A stretch of 64,000 bases of DNA from Candidatus Bathyarchaeia archaeon (GTDB lineage: Archaea; Thermoproteota; Bathyarchaeia; Bathyarchaeales; Bathycorpusculaceae), in the NCBI GenBank assembly GCA_038883715.1, contig JAVZLS010000002.1:37223-101222 (forward strand), read 5' to 3'. Under the pieces are notes generated by a model. That model saw nothing but the letters and a program-made list of their open reading frames with translations. It was not told the origin of the DNA and searched no databases. A program made the translations under genes and the position numbers. This document shows, piece after piece, positions 44,130 through 53,162 of this stretch (positions are counted from its first letter, which is position 1; each line of letters starts with the position of its first letter).

Positions 44130-46216
44130 TGAAAATCGAAGTTGTCCAATTGGAAAACATCCGCTCCCACGTGAAGTCTACAGTTCCATTTGCCAGAGGC
44201 TTCAATTGCCTCGTTGGCGGCTTGGGCTGCGGTAAATCCAGCATACTTTACGCCATAGACTTCGCCCTCTTCGGAGACCCTTTAGGAAGGAGCTACGACT
44301 ACCTTCTGCGGGATGGCGCCGAAACCGGAAGAGTTGTTGTCCAGTTCACCCACAACGGCAAGAGCTATAAAATATCGAGGGGCTTGAAGAGGCGTGGGAA
44401 GGGCATAAGCCAAGACTTTGACGAGCTTAAACTTTTTGAAGGCGAAACCATAATCGCAAGCGTGAAAAGCGACGCTGTCGCAGAACAGTTGAAGGCTATC
44501 ACTGGCTTGGAGAAGGAGCTTTTCCGCGAAATTGTTTGGGTCCGCCAAGAACACCTAAAAGAACTTTTAGACGCCCCGCCCAGGGAGCGGCAAAAACGCC
44601 TAGACGAACTTTTTGGCTTGTCGGAATACGAAACAGCATGGAGCAACCTGGCTGGCTACCAAAAGGAATACGAAGGTGAAAAAAGAGTATACGAAAGAGA
44701 CCCAGACGTCGCTGGAATTAAAAAGCTGAATGAGGAGTACAACAGCCTAGCCAGAGAATTCGCCCTATTAGAGATTGACCTCCAAGAAACCACAAGAAAG
44801 CTCAACGAAGCCAAAAAAGCTTTGGAGGAGGCAGACCTCAAACTCAAAAAACTTGAGGAGCTTAAAACATCCGTAGAAAGCCTCAAACGCAAGGAAGCCC
44901 AAATACAAGCCAGCCTAACAAGCCTTGAAGATTCTTTGGCATCACTTGCTGAAAAAGTTGAAGGAAAAAAGGCAATAATTGACAATCTGAAACAGCGCCT
45001 CAACACTATGGAATCACAAGCAAACGCCCACAAGGAAACGCTCAAAGAAATTGGGGTTCCGGCAGACCAGCCCGTTGAAAATTTGAGACAGCATCTTTCA
45101 GCCTTTGACGAGCAAATTGCAAGCCTAAAAGCTGAACAAGAGGCTATTCTTCGAAACCTCCAAGCAGACCAGCGGAGGCTTGCGTCTCTTTCAGCTGAAA
45201 ACCGATGTCCGCTATGCCTCCAACCATTAAACGCTGATTATAAGACCAGCCTAATGGAGCGTATACAAAAAGAAAACGTGGAACGGCAAAAAACCATAAA
45301 CCAGCTTCAAAAGGACATTGAGGAACTTCAGCAAATAAGGGAGAAAGCCAACTCCGCCATCTCCAACCTCCAGGCTCTTCTGCCCAGAATCGAAGACTTG
45401 AGAGCCCGCCTAAACGAGGAGTCTAGAGCTTTAGCCGAGCTTTCAAAGGAGTTTGAAGAGAAGCAGGAAATGGAGAATACGCTGAGAAACCAGCTGGAAG
45501 GCATACGCGCGGAAATAGGCAGATTTGACGTTTTCCAGCTTGAAACCGCCAGAAAGCTAAGAGAACAAGTTTTCCGGCAATATTATATGCTTGAATCTGA
45601 GCTGCGGACCAAGGAAAGCCGGAAAGAGGACATGATGCGGCGTCTAGACGAAATTAAGGATCGCATAGACCGAGCCCAGAAAAAGATTGAGGAGATGGAG
45701 AAACTTGACAAGATTTTGGGCGTTATTGGCGGTATCCGCGACGCCTATAGGAGCATTCAACCAAAATTGCGGAGCGAATTTGTAAAAGTCTTGAAGAATT
45801 TTGTTCAGCAAATCCTAGACAGCCTAGTGGGCGAGGAAGGCGCACCAATAAATATCACAATAGATGAGACTTATACGCCGTATGTGATAAGCGAGACGGG
45901 CGTCGAAAGGGAGGTTTCAAACCTTTCTGGTGGGGAGCGAACCCTAATAGCTTTTGCATATCGCCTCGGGCTTGGTCAGTTGATAATGCAGTCGCGGACT
46001 GGTCACGGCTTAAGCCTCCTACTGCTTGACGAGCCGACAGAAAGCCTTGGAAGGGAGGATGGCTCAATAGACCGCTTGGCAGAAGCCATCTCAAGGTTTA
46101 AAGCTGTAGAACAGATAATCGCCGTAACCCATAGCGAGGCTTTCGCTGAAAAAGCCGAACACGTTATAAGGGTGGAGAAAGAGGCTGGGGAAAGCAAAAT
46201 ATCGGTCGAAAAATAA
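44129..46216 (+). CDS. rad50: Rad50 ATPase (short coiled-coil form)
   Basis: Walker A GGLGCGKSS, a long heptad-rich middle with the CPLC zinc hook, signature LSGGERT, Walker B LLLLDEP and H-loop VTHS. The start overlaps the mre11 stop (TAATG). Confidence 0.85.
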   Translation: MKIEVVQLENIRSHVKSTVPFARGFNCLVGGLGCGKSSILYAIDFALFGDPLGRSYDYLLRDGAETGRVVVQFTHNGKSYKISRGLKRRGKGISQDFDELKLFEGETIIASVKSDAVAEQLKAITGLEKELFREIVWVRQEHLKELLDAPPRERQKRLDELFGLSEYETAWSNLAGYQKEYEGEKRVYERDPDVAGIKKLNEEYNSLAREFALLEIDLQETTRKLNEAKKALEEADLKLKKLEELKTSVESLKRKEAQIQASLTSLEDSLASLAEKVEGKKAIIDNLKQRLNTMESQANAHKETLKEIGVPADQPVENLRQHLSAFDEQIASLKAEQEAILRNLQADQRRLASLSAENRCPLCLQPLNADYKTSLMERIQKENVERQKTINQLQKDIEELQQIREKANSAISNLQALLPRIEDLRARLNEESRALAELSKEFEEKQEMENTLRNQLEGIRAEIGRFDVFQLETARKLREQVFRQYYMLESELRTKESRKEDMMRRLDEIKDRIDRAQKKIEEMEKLDKILGVIGGIRDAYRSIQPKLRSEFVKVLKNFVQQILDSLVGEEGAPINITIDETYTPYVISETGVEREVSNLSGGERTLIAFAYRLGLGQLIMQSRTGHGLSLLLLDEPTESLGREDGSIDRLAEAISRFKAVEQIIAVTHSEAFAEKAEHVIRVEKEAGESKISVEK

Positions 46217-46223
46217 CTTGAAA

Positions 46224-47126
46224 CTAGTCCTCTTCAATAACTCTGTTTTCTAAAACGCCTATTCCTTCAATTTCTATTCTTACGGTGCTTCCGGGCTTCA
46301 GAAATTTTGGCTTCGGCTTCATGGCAAAGCCGACACCAGCCGGTGTCCCTGTGGCGATTATGTCGCATGGCTCTAATGTCATGACTTTGCTTAAGTGGTG
46401 AACTATTTCGTAAACGTTAAAAACCATATTTTTCGTTGTTGAGTCTTGGCGAAGTTCCTTGTCCACCCATGTTCTAATGCGAAGGTTGGATGTGTCTGGC
46501 AGCTGGTTTTCCGTTGTTATGCATGGTCCGATAGGCGCAAAAGTGTCGAAACTTTTGCCTCTGGTCCATTGTCTATCCTTAAACTGAATGTCCCGCGCTG
46601 AAACATCATTTAAAATTGTGTATCCGAAAATATGTTTCCTCGCCTCTGAAACCGGCACATTTTTACCTTTTCGCCCTATCACAATGGCTAACTCTGCCTC
46701 ATAGTCGAGTTCCTTAACAAATCTTGGCTTAACAATATTCTCGTTTGGTCCAATTATGGTTGTGTGGGGCTTAAGAAAGATTATGGGTTCGTCTGGTATC
46801 TGTGTGTTTTGCTCCGCGGCATGGTCCCTATAATTCAGTCCTAAGCAGATGATTTTTGGCGGGTGAGCTATTGGCGCAAGAAGTCTTATCCCATTAACTG
46901 GCACAGAGTTTTTCTCGATGACATGTTCTGGAGCTTCCTCAAGAAGTCTTTCTACAGTTTTAATGGCTCTTTCCCCGCTTGTCACAAAGGTTTCTATCTT
47001 GCTTGGAAGCCGTCTGTGCACTGTTTTGGCGAGGCTTGGCAAGCAGACCACCCTTTTCTCATCGCTGGATAAAACACCGTAACTTTCCCTTTCTCCGTCC
47101 AAGTAGCGGACAAGCTTCATTGTCAT
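46224..47126 (-). CDS. Fumarylacetoacetate hydrolase (FAH) family protein
   Basis: GLNYRDHAAE, YEAELAIVIG and a C-terminal GTPAGVG pattern. Confidence 0.9.
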   Translation of the reverse strand: MTMKLVRYLDGERESYGVLSSDEKRVVCLPSLAKTVHRRLPSKIETFVTSGERAIKTVERLLEEAPEHVIEKNSVPVNGIRLLAPIAHPPKIICLGLNYRDHAAEQNTQIPDEPIIFLKPHTTIIGPNENIVKPRFVKELDYEAELAIVIGRKGKNVPVSEARKHIFGYTILNDVSARDIQFKDRQWTRGKSFDTFAPIGPCITTENQLPDTSNLRIRTWVDKELRQDSTTKNMVFNVYEIVHHLSKVMTLEPCDIIATGTPAGVGFAMKPKPKFLKPGSTVRIEIEGIGVLENRVIEED

Positions 47127-47180
47127 ACCTTCTTTTGGCTATGATAACGCTCAATAATTTTCACTTTTAGGATTGAAAAT

Positions 47181-47188
47181 GTATAAAT
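47181..47188 (+). promoter_or_regulatory. Candidate TATA box (GTATAAAT) for a leaderless transporter transcript
   Basis: Centred about 28 nt upstream of the ATG at 47213. Confidence 0.4.
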
Positions 47189-47212
47189 GTGATTTGGAGA
47201 AGAGCATACGTT

Positions 47213-48115
47213 ATGTATGTTAAAACAAGAAAATTAGCTCTTATAGAGGGCATAACTGCTGGCATCCTCTTTGGGACCTCAGCTATCTTCATAAGGTATC
47301 TCCAAAATTTTGATGCCTTTTCCATAGCCTTCTGGCGATTAATCATCGCTTGCATCGTGCTGGCTGTAGGGCTCTTTGTGCCTAGAAAAGCTTTCAGCTT
47401 TAGCCTTGTTAGGAAAAATTTGGGAAATTTTTTCGTTCTCAGTCTTTTTCTAGGTTTGCACTTCATATTTTTCATATCCGCTGTTAAGGATACAACGATT
47501 TTAAATGCAACAGTTTTGGTTAACACAACCCCAATTTTTTCCCTAATTTTCTCAAGCCTATTCTATAAAGCTAAACCTTCAAGCCTCGCTGTTTTTGGCA
47601 TAGCCTTATCTTTTGTTGGCGCGTGCATTATTGCCTCCGCTGAAACCCAAATGGCTGGTGCTTCACTAAATAGCTTCTCTCCAAGACTAAAGGGGGATTT
47701 AGAAGCCACATTAGCTGCTATACTTGAAGCCTGCTTCCTTACTTATGGAAGAAAGATAAGGGGGTGCATGGACATAATCTCCATTATGCTTCCCATCTAT
47801 TTTCTAACAGCGCTAATCGTAGGCGTGTTAGGATTGGCTGTCGCAAATAAAACTTTAGAGTCGCCGACAACGATAGAAAGTCTCCTTCCACTGGTTGGCT
47901 TAGGTGTCTTGCCAACGGCGGTAGCCCGCACTTTAGCTTTTTCTTCTCTCTCGGATCTAAAATCTTTTGAAACTGCAACCATGGCTTTGCTGGAACCATT
48001 AGGGGCAACATCCCTAGGCATAGTTCTATTTGGCGAGTGGCCTCTCCCAATTTTTGCGGTGGGAACGGCATTGATTTTGGCTGGAATAGTCTTCGTTTCC
48101 AGAGGGGAAGGCTGA
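47213..48115 (+). CDS. EamA/DMT-family transporter
   Basis: Ten-TM protein with a duplicated EamA pattern. The ATG at 47213 was chosen because the ORF-track GTG at 47189 lies inside the putative TATA box. Confidence 0.8.
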   Translation: MYVKTRKLALIEGITAGILFGTSAIFIRYLQNFDAFSIAFWRLIIACIVLAVGLFVPRKAFSFSLVRKNLGNFFVLSLFLGLHFIFFISAVKDTTILNATVLVNTTPIFSLIFSSLFYKAKPSSLAVFGIALSFVGACIIASAETQMAGASLNSFSPRLKGDLEATLAAILEACFLTYGRKIRGCMDIISIMLPIYFLTALIVGVLGLAVANKTLESPTTIESLLPLVGLGVLPTAVARTLAFSSLSDLKSFETATMALLEPLGATSLGIVLFGEWPLPIFAVGTALILAGIVFVSRGEG

Positions 48116-48178
48116 AAGCTTTTACGAAACAGATAAAAGGCTTCACAATATATTGTGCAGAAAGCGGGTTGAAACCCA

Positions 48179-48574
48179 ATGGCGGCAAACGACAAGATAT
48201 TGAAGGCTTTGGAATCCGCAACCAGCTACTTGGAAAAATCGGCTTCCGCGCTGAGCAGCGGAGACGAAAACTCCTTTACAAAGCATTTTTGGCATGTTGC
48301 CGCAGAACTGGAATACGCCCTTTTCCTGTTCTCCCTAATTTTCCAAGAAGAGAATGTTGACAAGTCAAAGTGGAAGCCCAACCCAGACATGAAAAAGGAT
48401 AATATCAATGGCGTTTTAGCCGAAGTTCGCAGCTTACTGGAAAACGCTAAAAAGTTTTTAACCAGCGGCAAGCTTTTAGACGCCTATAAGGGCATTTATG
48501 TGGCAAGACACTGTGTTTTCGCCGTTGAGGAGAATCTAGCCAAGAAAAAGCGTGAAAGCTCGAAAAATAAATAG
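48179..48574 (+). CDS. Hypothetical helical protein
   Basis: 131-aa ORF in a gap not explained by any other gene. No family recognised. Confidence 0.4.
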   Translation: MAANDKILKALESATSYLEKSASALSSGDENSFTKHFWHVAAELEYALFLFSLIFQEENVDKSKWKPNPDMKKDNINGVLAEVRSLLENAKKFLTSGKLLDAYKGIYVARHCVFAVEENLAKKKRESSKNK

Positions 48575-48578
48575 GCTA

Positions 48579-48872
48579 TTATTCTGGCAGCTTTCGCCCC
48601 TTAATCTTTAAGGCGCCTTCTTCCTCGCTTATAACCCTATAATATTCCTTAAGCTCGCTTTTATGTAGAAACTTTTTCAGAAGCACCCTCACGTACTGTT
48701 TTGGAAGGCTTTTCTCTTCGCTCTTCACTACAATATCATTTGTTAGGGTTTTAACTTCGGCGTTTGTCTTTTCTTTTAAGAATTCTGCCAGCTCTTTTAC
48801 GATATCTCCGCCTTCAGCCTTAAGCTCAGACACATCAATTTTTATCTCAATCATTCCATCCCCCGCCTTCAT
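48579..48872 (-). CDS. Small basic protein resembling eukaryotic ribosomal protein eL22
   Basis: LPKQYVRVLLKKFLHKSELKEYYRVISEEEGALKIKGRKL resembles the eL22 C-terminus as I recall it ([27 protein letters not shown]...YELRYF). The start may instead be the second ATG (MIEIK). Tentative. Confidence 0.4.
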   Translation of the reverse strand: MKAGDGMIEIKIDVSELKAEGGDIVKELAEFLKEKTNAEVKTLTNDIVVKSEEKSLPKQYVRVLLKKFLHKSELKEYYRVISEEEGALKIKGRKLPE

Positions 48873-48878
48873 TCTGGT

Positions 48879-49538
48879 TTACTTTCTAACCATTATAACC
48901 CTAACTTGGTCACATGCATCCTCGCATGCGTCTGCAATCATTTCTAAGGCTTCAAAAAGTTGACCAACTAAAACGGCGACTCCAGCCTTTTGGAGGTTCT
49001 CTTTTCCCAATAATGTTCTTGCCGTCTCGTGTAAGTCGTCAACTTTCTCCTCCTCCCTTTCCACGGCGTCTGCCGCTTGAAGGGCTTCTTCCGGCTTTGT
49101 TATTATCTTGTTTATGCACCTTTGGAGCATTATGGCACATTCCCTCACGCCTTTAGCCATCTCCACAAACTCTTTTTTGATAGAGGCTGGCACATGCTCC
49201 ATGGGCGTGGCCATTAAAACCCTTGTTGATTCTCTGCTCCAGTCTGCGACCATGTCCACCCTCTTGACAAGGTGCATTATGTCTTCTCTGGCTGTTGGCG
49301 GTAACTCACCTTTCGACACTTCATCCATAACTTTTCTGCGTAGGCTGTCCGCCTCTCTTTCGCCGCTGGCAATTCTCTCTACACAGTTTCTTAGGGTTTT
49401 TGGGTCGCCGTCCACTGCCGCCTTAACGGCTTTTTCCAAGTCCTCAACTATGCTTGTTGTTATGGCGAGGTGTTGCTGTATCATTGTTAGGGCTTTCGTC
49501 TCCCTGCGCTTTTCAAACCATTTTATTAGTTCACTCAA
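48879..49538 (-). CDS. DUF47 / PhoU-related putative transport regulator
   Basis: 219-aa all-helical protein with the DUF47-like layout (KRRETKALTMIQQHL...E.EADSLRRK...). Overlaps the upstream ATPase gene by 8 nt. Confidence 0.7.
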   Translation of the reverse strand: MSELIKWFEKRRETKALTMIQQHLAITTSIVEDLEKAVKAAVDGDPKTLRNCVERIASGEREADSLRRKVMDEVSKGELPPTAREDIMHLVKRVDMVADWSRESTRVLMATPMEHVPASIKKEFVEMAKGVRECAIMLQRCINKIITKPEEALQAADAVEREEEKVDDLHETARTLLGKENLQKAGVAVLVGQLFEALEMIADACEDACDQVRVIMVRK

Positions 49539-50634
49539 CAGCCAACTCCTCCCTTAAGCCTAACTCCGGATAAGCGAACAAGTGGGCGCTTTCCGGTTGG
49601 AAACTTAAGGTAACCTTTTCCCCTATATTAAGCCATTCACAAGCCATGGAAGGCGTAACGACAACTACTAAATCTTGATTTTCAAGCCTAACCTCGTACC
49701 TTACATTTGTTCCTTCAAAGGCAAACCTTTCAACAACACCCAACATGGCATTTTCATCCGCGTCCTTCCCCCGCTTAATGGTAAAAGTTTCTGGTCTGAC
49801 GGCTAAAACCACTCTTTCACCCTTACTCATGCCTTTATTGACCGCTTGAACTTTTATGCCTCCTCGAAGCTCAATAACAGCCATCCGCCCCCTCGTTTCC
49901 GCTATGAAGCCTTCCAAAAAGTTTGAACCTCCAATGAAATTTGCCACAAAAATGCTCTGGGGGTTCATGTAAAGCTCTCGAGGCGTCCCCACTTGTAGGA
50001 CCTTTCCCTTCTTCATAACGGCTATTCTGTCTGATATTGCCATAGCCTCCGACTGGTCATGGGTTACATGTATGGCGGTTAACTCCAAATCCTTAGTCAT
50101 GCGTCTAATCTCATATCTAAGCTCATTTCTAACCTTAGCGTCCAAATGCCCTAAAGGCTCGTCTAAAAGTAGCAGTTTTGCACCAGCAGCAAGTGCCCTT
50201 GCAACGGCCACCCTCTGCATCATTCCGCCACTTAACTCGCTTGGAAAAGCATCTAACCGCTCATGGAGTCTAACCATTTCCAAAACTTCATGTCCTATCC
50301 TTTCGGCTTTCTGCATGTCAAAACCCTTAACCCTTGGACCATAAGTGACGTTTTCCCAAGCGTTCATGTGGGGAAACAGCGCAAAAGTCTGAAAGACAAA
50401 GCCCACATCGCGGTCTTCAGGCGGGACATCATTCACAAGCCTATCGCCAATGTATATTTCGCCTTCGTCAGGCTCTATCAATCCAGCAATAAGCCTAAGT
50501 AAAGTGGTCTTTCCACAACCGCTCGGTCCAAGAATTGAGAAATACTCCTTATCCTTTATGTGGAGGCTGACGTTGTCGACAGCCACAATTTTTCCAAACT
50601 TTTTCGTGACATTAACCAAGCGCACGTCTGGCAT
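49531..50634 (-). CDS. ABC transporter ATP-binding protein (PotA/CysA/FbpC-like with C-terminal TOBE-type domain)
   Basis: Walker A GPSGCGKTT, signature LSGGMMQR and Walker B LLLLDEP, with a regulatory C-terminal beta-domain. Confidence 0.9.
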   Translation of the reverse strand: MPDVRLVNVTKKFGKIVAVDNVSLHIKDKEYFSILGPSGCGKTTLLRLIAGLIEPDEGEIYIGDRLVNDVPPEDRDVGFVFQTFALFPHMNAWENVTYGPRVKGFDMQKAERIGHEVLEMVRLHERLDAFPSELSGGMMQRVAVARALAAGAKLLLLDEPLGHLDAKVRNELRYEIRRMTKDLELTAIHVTHDQSEAMAISDRIAVMKKGKVLQVGTPRELYMNPQSIFVANFIGGSNFLEGFIAETRGRMAVIELRGGIKVQAVNKGMSKGERVVLAVRPETFTIKRGKDADENAMLGVVERFAFEGTNVRYEVRLENQDLVVVVTPSMACEWLNIGEKVTLSFQPESAHLFAYPELGLREELAVE

Positions 50635-50636
50635 GC

Positions 50637-52328
50637 CTAGTACCTTCCCTTACCCTTAACGATAAGCCTTAAGGCTAATAGGATTATGAAGGAGATTAAT
50701 ATTAAGAAACCGCAACCCAAACCAATCTCCAAAAATTTATCATAACTTTTAGTTTTCATCCATTCCCTAACCCATTCTACAAGAAATACGGGGGCGGTCT
50801 GAAGCTGTCGGGTGACGGCCAGTGTGGCACCAGTTTCACTTACGCTTCTTGTGAAGACCATTATAGCACCAGAAAGCATTGAATATTTAGTCAAGGGGAA
50901 TATTATTGTTCTGAACACGCTTAAGGGTTTAGCCCCCAAGGTTCTTGACGCTTCCTCCAGCTCTATGCTTATCCTCTCGATGGCTGCTGACATAGATCTT
51001 ACAAAATATGGGTAGGTTATGGCCAAATGTGCGAAAATGAGAAGCAAAATGTCCGGTATGAAAGCCAAAGTCCCCCAGAAAAATCCAAGAGAAACGCCTA
51101 AAGCCGCTGATGGGATAATTATTGGGATGTCGATAAGCACGTTTAAGGCTGATGAAGTTTTTCCAAGACGTTTTCGTGCGACAATTATTGCCATTGGCAA
51201 GCCTATAAGGACATTTAAGACTGTTACGACGGCCCCAAGGGAATATGAAAGAACGAGGCTTTGCCAATACCTTCCCCAAGAATTAACCCCTGAAAGAGCG
51301 GTACATATTAAACCTGCTGACGCAGCTTTGAAAGCCGGTAGAGCTGCAAAAAGTGATGGAATTAGCACGATGATAAAGAAGATAAAGAGCGTGATGCCAT
51401 TTCTTATTAGAACCGCAGAGGAATAGCTTATTTTCCTCTCAACTGTTGGCCAAGCCCTTTTGAATGGCAGTTTCAGTTTACCTCCAAGAACGCGTACTGC
51501 AGCAAAAATTAGGCATGAAATAACAATAAGAATAAGGCTCACAAAAACTGTTGCACCGACATAAACATCTTTCGTGTTCTGGATAAATATAGGGCCGTTT
51601 TCAAATAGTATTTGACCAGTTTCAATGGACGTGGCAACCATCATGGTTGCCCCTGTTTCCGAAATGGACCTTGCAAAAGCCAAAATAAAAGCCGCAATCA
51701 AGGAAGGGTTTATAATTCCGAAAGTAACCGTTCTGGCAGTTGTGAAGGGTGGCGCGCCTAAGGTTCTCGATGCTTGTTCATATTCGATCTTATAATCCAG
51801 CAAAGCGCCAACAATCACCCTCACAACGACCGGATACGAGAATGTGAAATGCAGTAATGCAACAAGAAGCCAGCCTGGCGAAACAAGAGAGCCGCCAAAA
51901 AGTGCTGAGATTCCTTCGGGCTTGTACCAGAACAAAAGAAGCGAATAGCCGAGCACGGCTGTCGGCACGATAAAAGGGACGTCTGCAAGCGTGTCGAGAA
52001 CGTTTATCCATTTGGATTTGCTTCGGGCTATGAGCCAAGCCATTGGAATGCCGGCAGCTACATCCAAAATCGAAACCAAAACAGCCATGACAAAGGAATT
52101 TTTCACAGCGTCTAATGCCCGATTCATAAGTTGGCTGTCGCCAAAAATTTCCTGCATCGAGCCCCACTTAATTACTATACCTAAAATTGGCGGAATCAAA
52201 ATTAGGGCGAAAAAGAGTATTACCGCGACTAAATAAACTCCATATTTGACAGTTGGCTTTGAGGAAAGCCTATCAAGCTTCTCCGTGAATTTTTTGGGCA
52301 AACTTACCAGCCTAAATCCGCTCGGCAA
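50637..52328 (-). CDS. ABC transporter permease, fused double-domain (FbpB/ThiP-like)
   Basis: 563 aa with two BPD-type transmembrane domains. Each has an EAA-like loop (EQASRTLGAPPF and EEASRTLGAKPL). Confidence 0.85.
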   Translation of the reverse strand: MPSGFRLVSLPKKFTEKLDRLSSKPTVKYGVYLVAVILFFALILIPPILGIVIKWGSMQEIFGDSQLMNRALDAVKNSFVMAVLVSILDVAAGIPMAWLIARSKSKWINVLDTLADVPFIVPTAVLGYSLLLFWYKPEGISALFGGSLVSPGWLLVALLHFTFSYPVVVRVIVGALLDYKIEYEQASRTLGAPPFTTARTVTFGIINPSLIAAFILAFARSISETGATMMVATSIETGQILFENGPIFIQNTKDVYVGATVFVSLILIVISCLIFAAVRVLGGKLKLPFKRAWPTVERKISYSSAVLIRNGITLFIFFIIVLIPSLFAALPAFKAASAGLICTALSGVNSWGRYWQSLVLSYSLGAVVTVLNVLIGLPMAIIVARKRLGKTSSALNVLIDIPIIIPSAALGVSLGFFWGTLAFIPDILLLIFAHLAITYPYFVRSMSAAIERISIELEEASRTLGAKPLSVFRTIIFPLTKYSMLSGAIMVFTRSVSETGATLAVTRQLQTAPVFLVEWVREWMKTKSYDKFLEIGLGCGFLILISFIILLALRLIVKGKGRY

Positions 52329-52405
52329 ACTAACATGCTTCTTTTTTCATTTGCAAAATTTGCTGATAAGCTTTCCGTATAAGGGCAAATGTTTCATCTT
52401 GTTCA

Positions 52406-52423
52406 ATTATGAAAATTATGAAA
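52406..52423. repeat. Perfect tandem 9-mer ATTATGAAA x2 in an AT-rich intergenic region
   Basis: Read directly at 52406..52414 and 52415..52423. On the minus strand the region also contains T-runs and TTTTTATAA, so it could hold a terminator and a promoter between two minus-strand genes. Confidence 0.5.
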
Positions 52424-52465
52424 ATAAGGAAAAAATTATAAAAATTGGGAGATGTTGCCCTTAAT

Positions 52466-53146
52466 TTAACCATTTTTGGATTTGCGTTTAGTGTAGATTA
52501 TGGCTGTTGATACTATGGCTATTGCCACGGCTGTTGAGATGCATATAGACATGATTTCTATTGGCAGGTTTGGCGGTGATAGCGGGTTTGATGATGACGT
52601 TCCTTGCCAAATGTTTGTGCTGGTTGCTTTAAAAGTAGCTGACATGGAGCCTTGAGTTAAAGTTACTTCCACAATGATTCCTGTTTCCTTGTCCCAGCAG
52701 TAGCTGAACTGCATGTCTCCTTGTGTTAGGCTTGCGTAGACAACGGTTCTGCTTGCTCCGGCATAAGTTCCTGTTTTTTCACCAGCAATGGTTACGCTGC
52801 TTCCTTCTACCGCTGGAATGATATCTCCGGTCCTTAAGTTTGCTGGTATAAGTGCTTGGAAAGTCGCGTTTCCAGTGCCGCTTGCAACGTCCCACGTCAT
52901 GATTTCAGTCTGTTCTGCTCCATTGCTGAAGTGTGTTGTCACGCGTAACGTTGCAACTGTTCCCGCTGCTGATAGGCATTCCACTTTAACCCATTGGATA
53001 AACTCGCTTGGCAAATTGTTGCCCGAAACATATTCGCATTTTATCCAGTCATCTGCTTTAACGCCTAACTGCGCGGTAGCGTAAACTGAACCTAAACAGA
53101 GTAGAAAAAGGATGATGATTGTTCCCAGAGCAACTGCCTTACTCAT
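52466..53146 (-). CDS. Secreted protein with C-terminal transmembrane anchor
   Basis: N-terminal signal peptide (GTIIILFLLCLGSVYATA), a Thr/Ser/Gly-rich beta-type body, and a C-terminal helix ICISTAVAIAIVSTAIIY followed by KRKSK. Confidence 0.55.
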   Translation of the reverse strand: MSKAVALGTIIILFLLCLGSVYATAQLGVKADDWIKCEYVSGNNLPSEFIQWVKVECLSAAGTVATLRVTTHFSNGAEQTEIMTWDVASGTGNATFQALIPANLRTGDIIPAVEGSSVTIAGEKTGTYAGASRTVVYASLTQGDMQFSYCWDKETGIIVEVTLTQGSMSATFKATSTNIWQGTSSSNPLSPPNLPIEIMSICISTAVAIAIVSTAIIYTKRKSKNG

Positions 53147-53162
53147 AGCGTTGACCCTCCCA

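Noticed and set aside
47167-47526. 119-aa minus-strand ORF overlapping the start of the EamA transporter gene
   Set aside because: It is antisense to a clear 10-TM transporter gene and spans that gene's putative TATA box. It has no motifs.
49108-49557. 149-aa plus-strand ORF
   Set aside because: It is antisense to the DUF47 gene, which fits the operon spacing. Its composition is Ser/Leu-rich.
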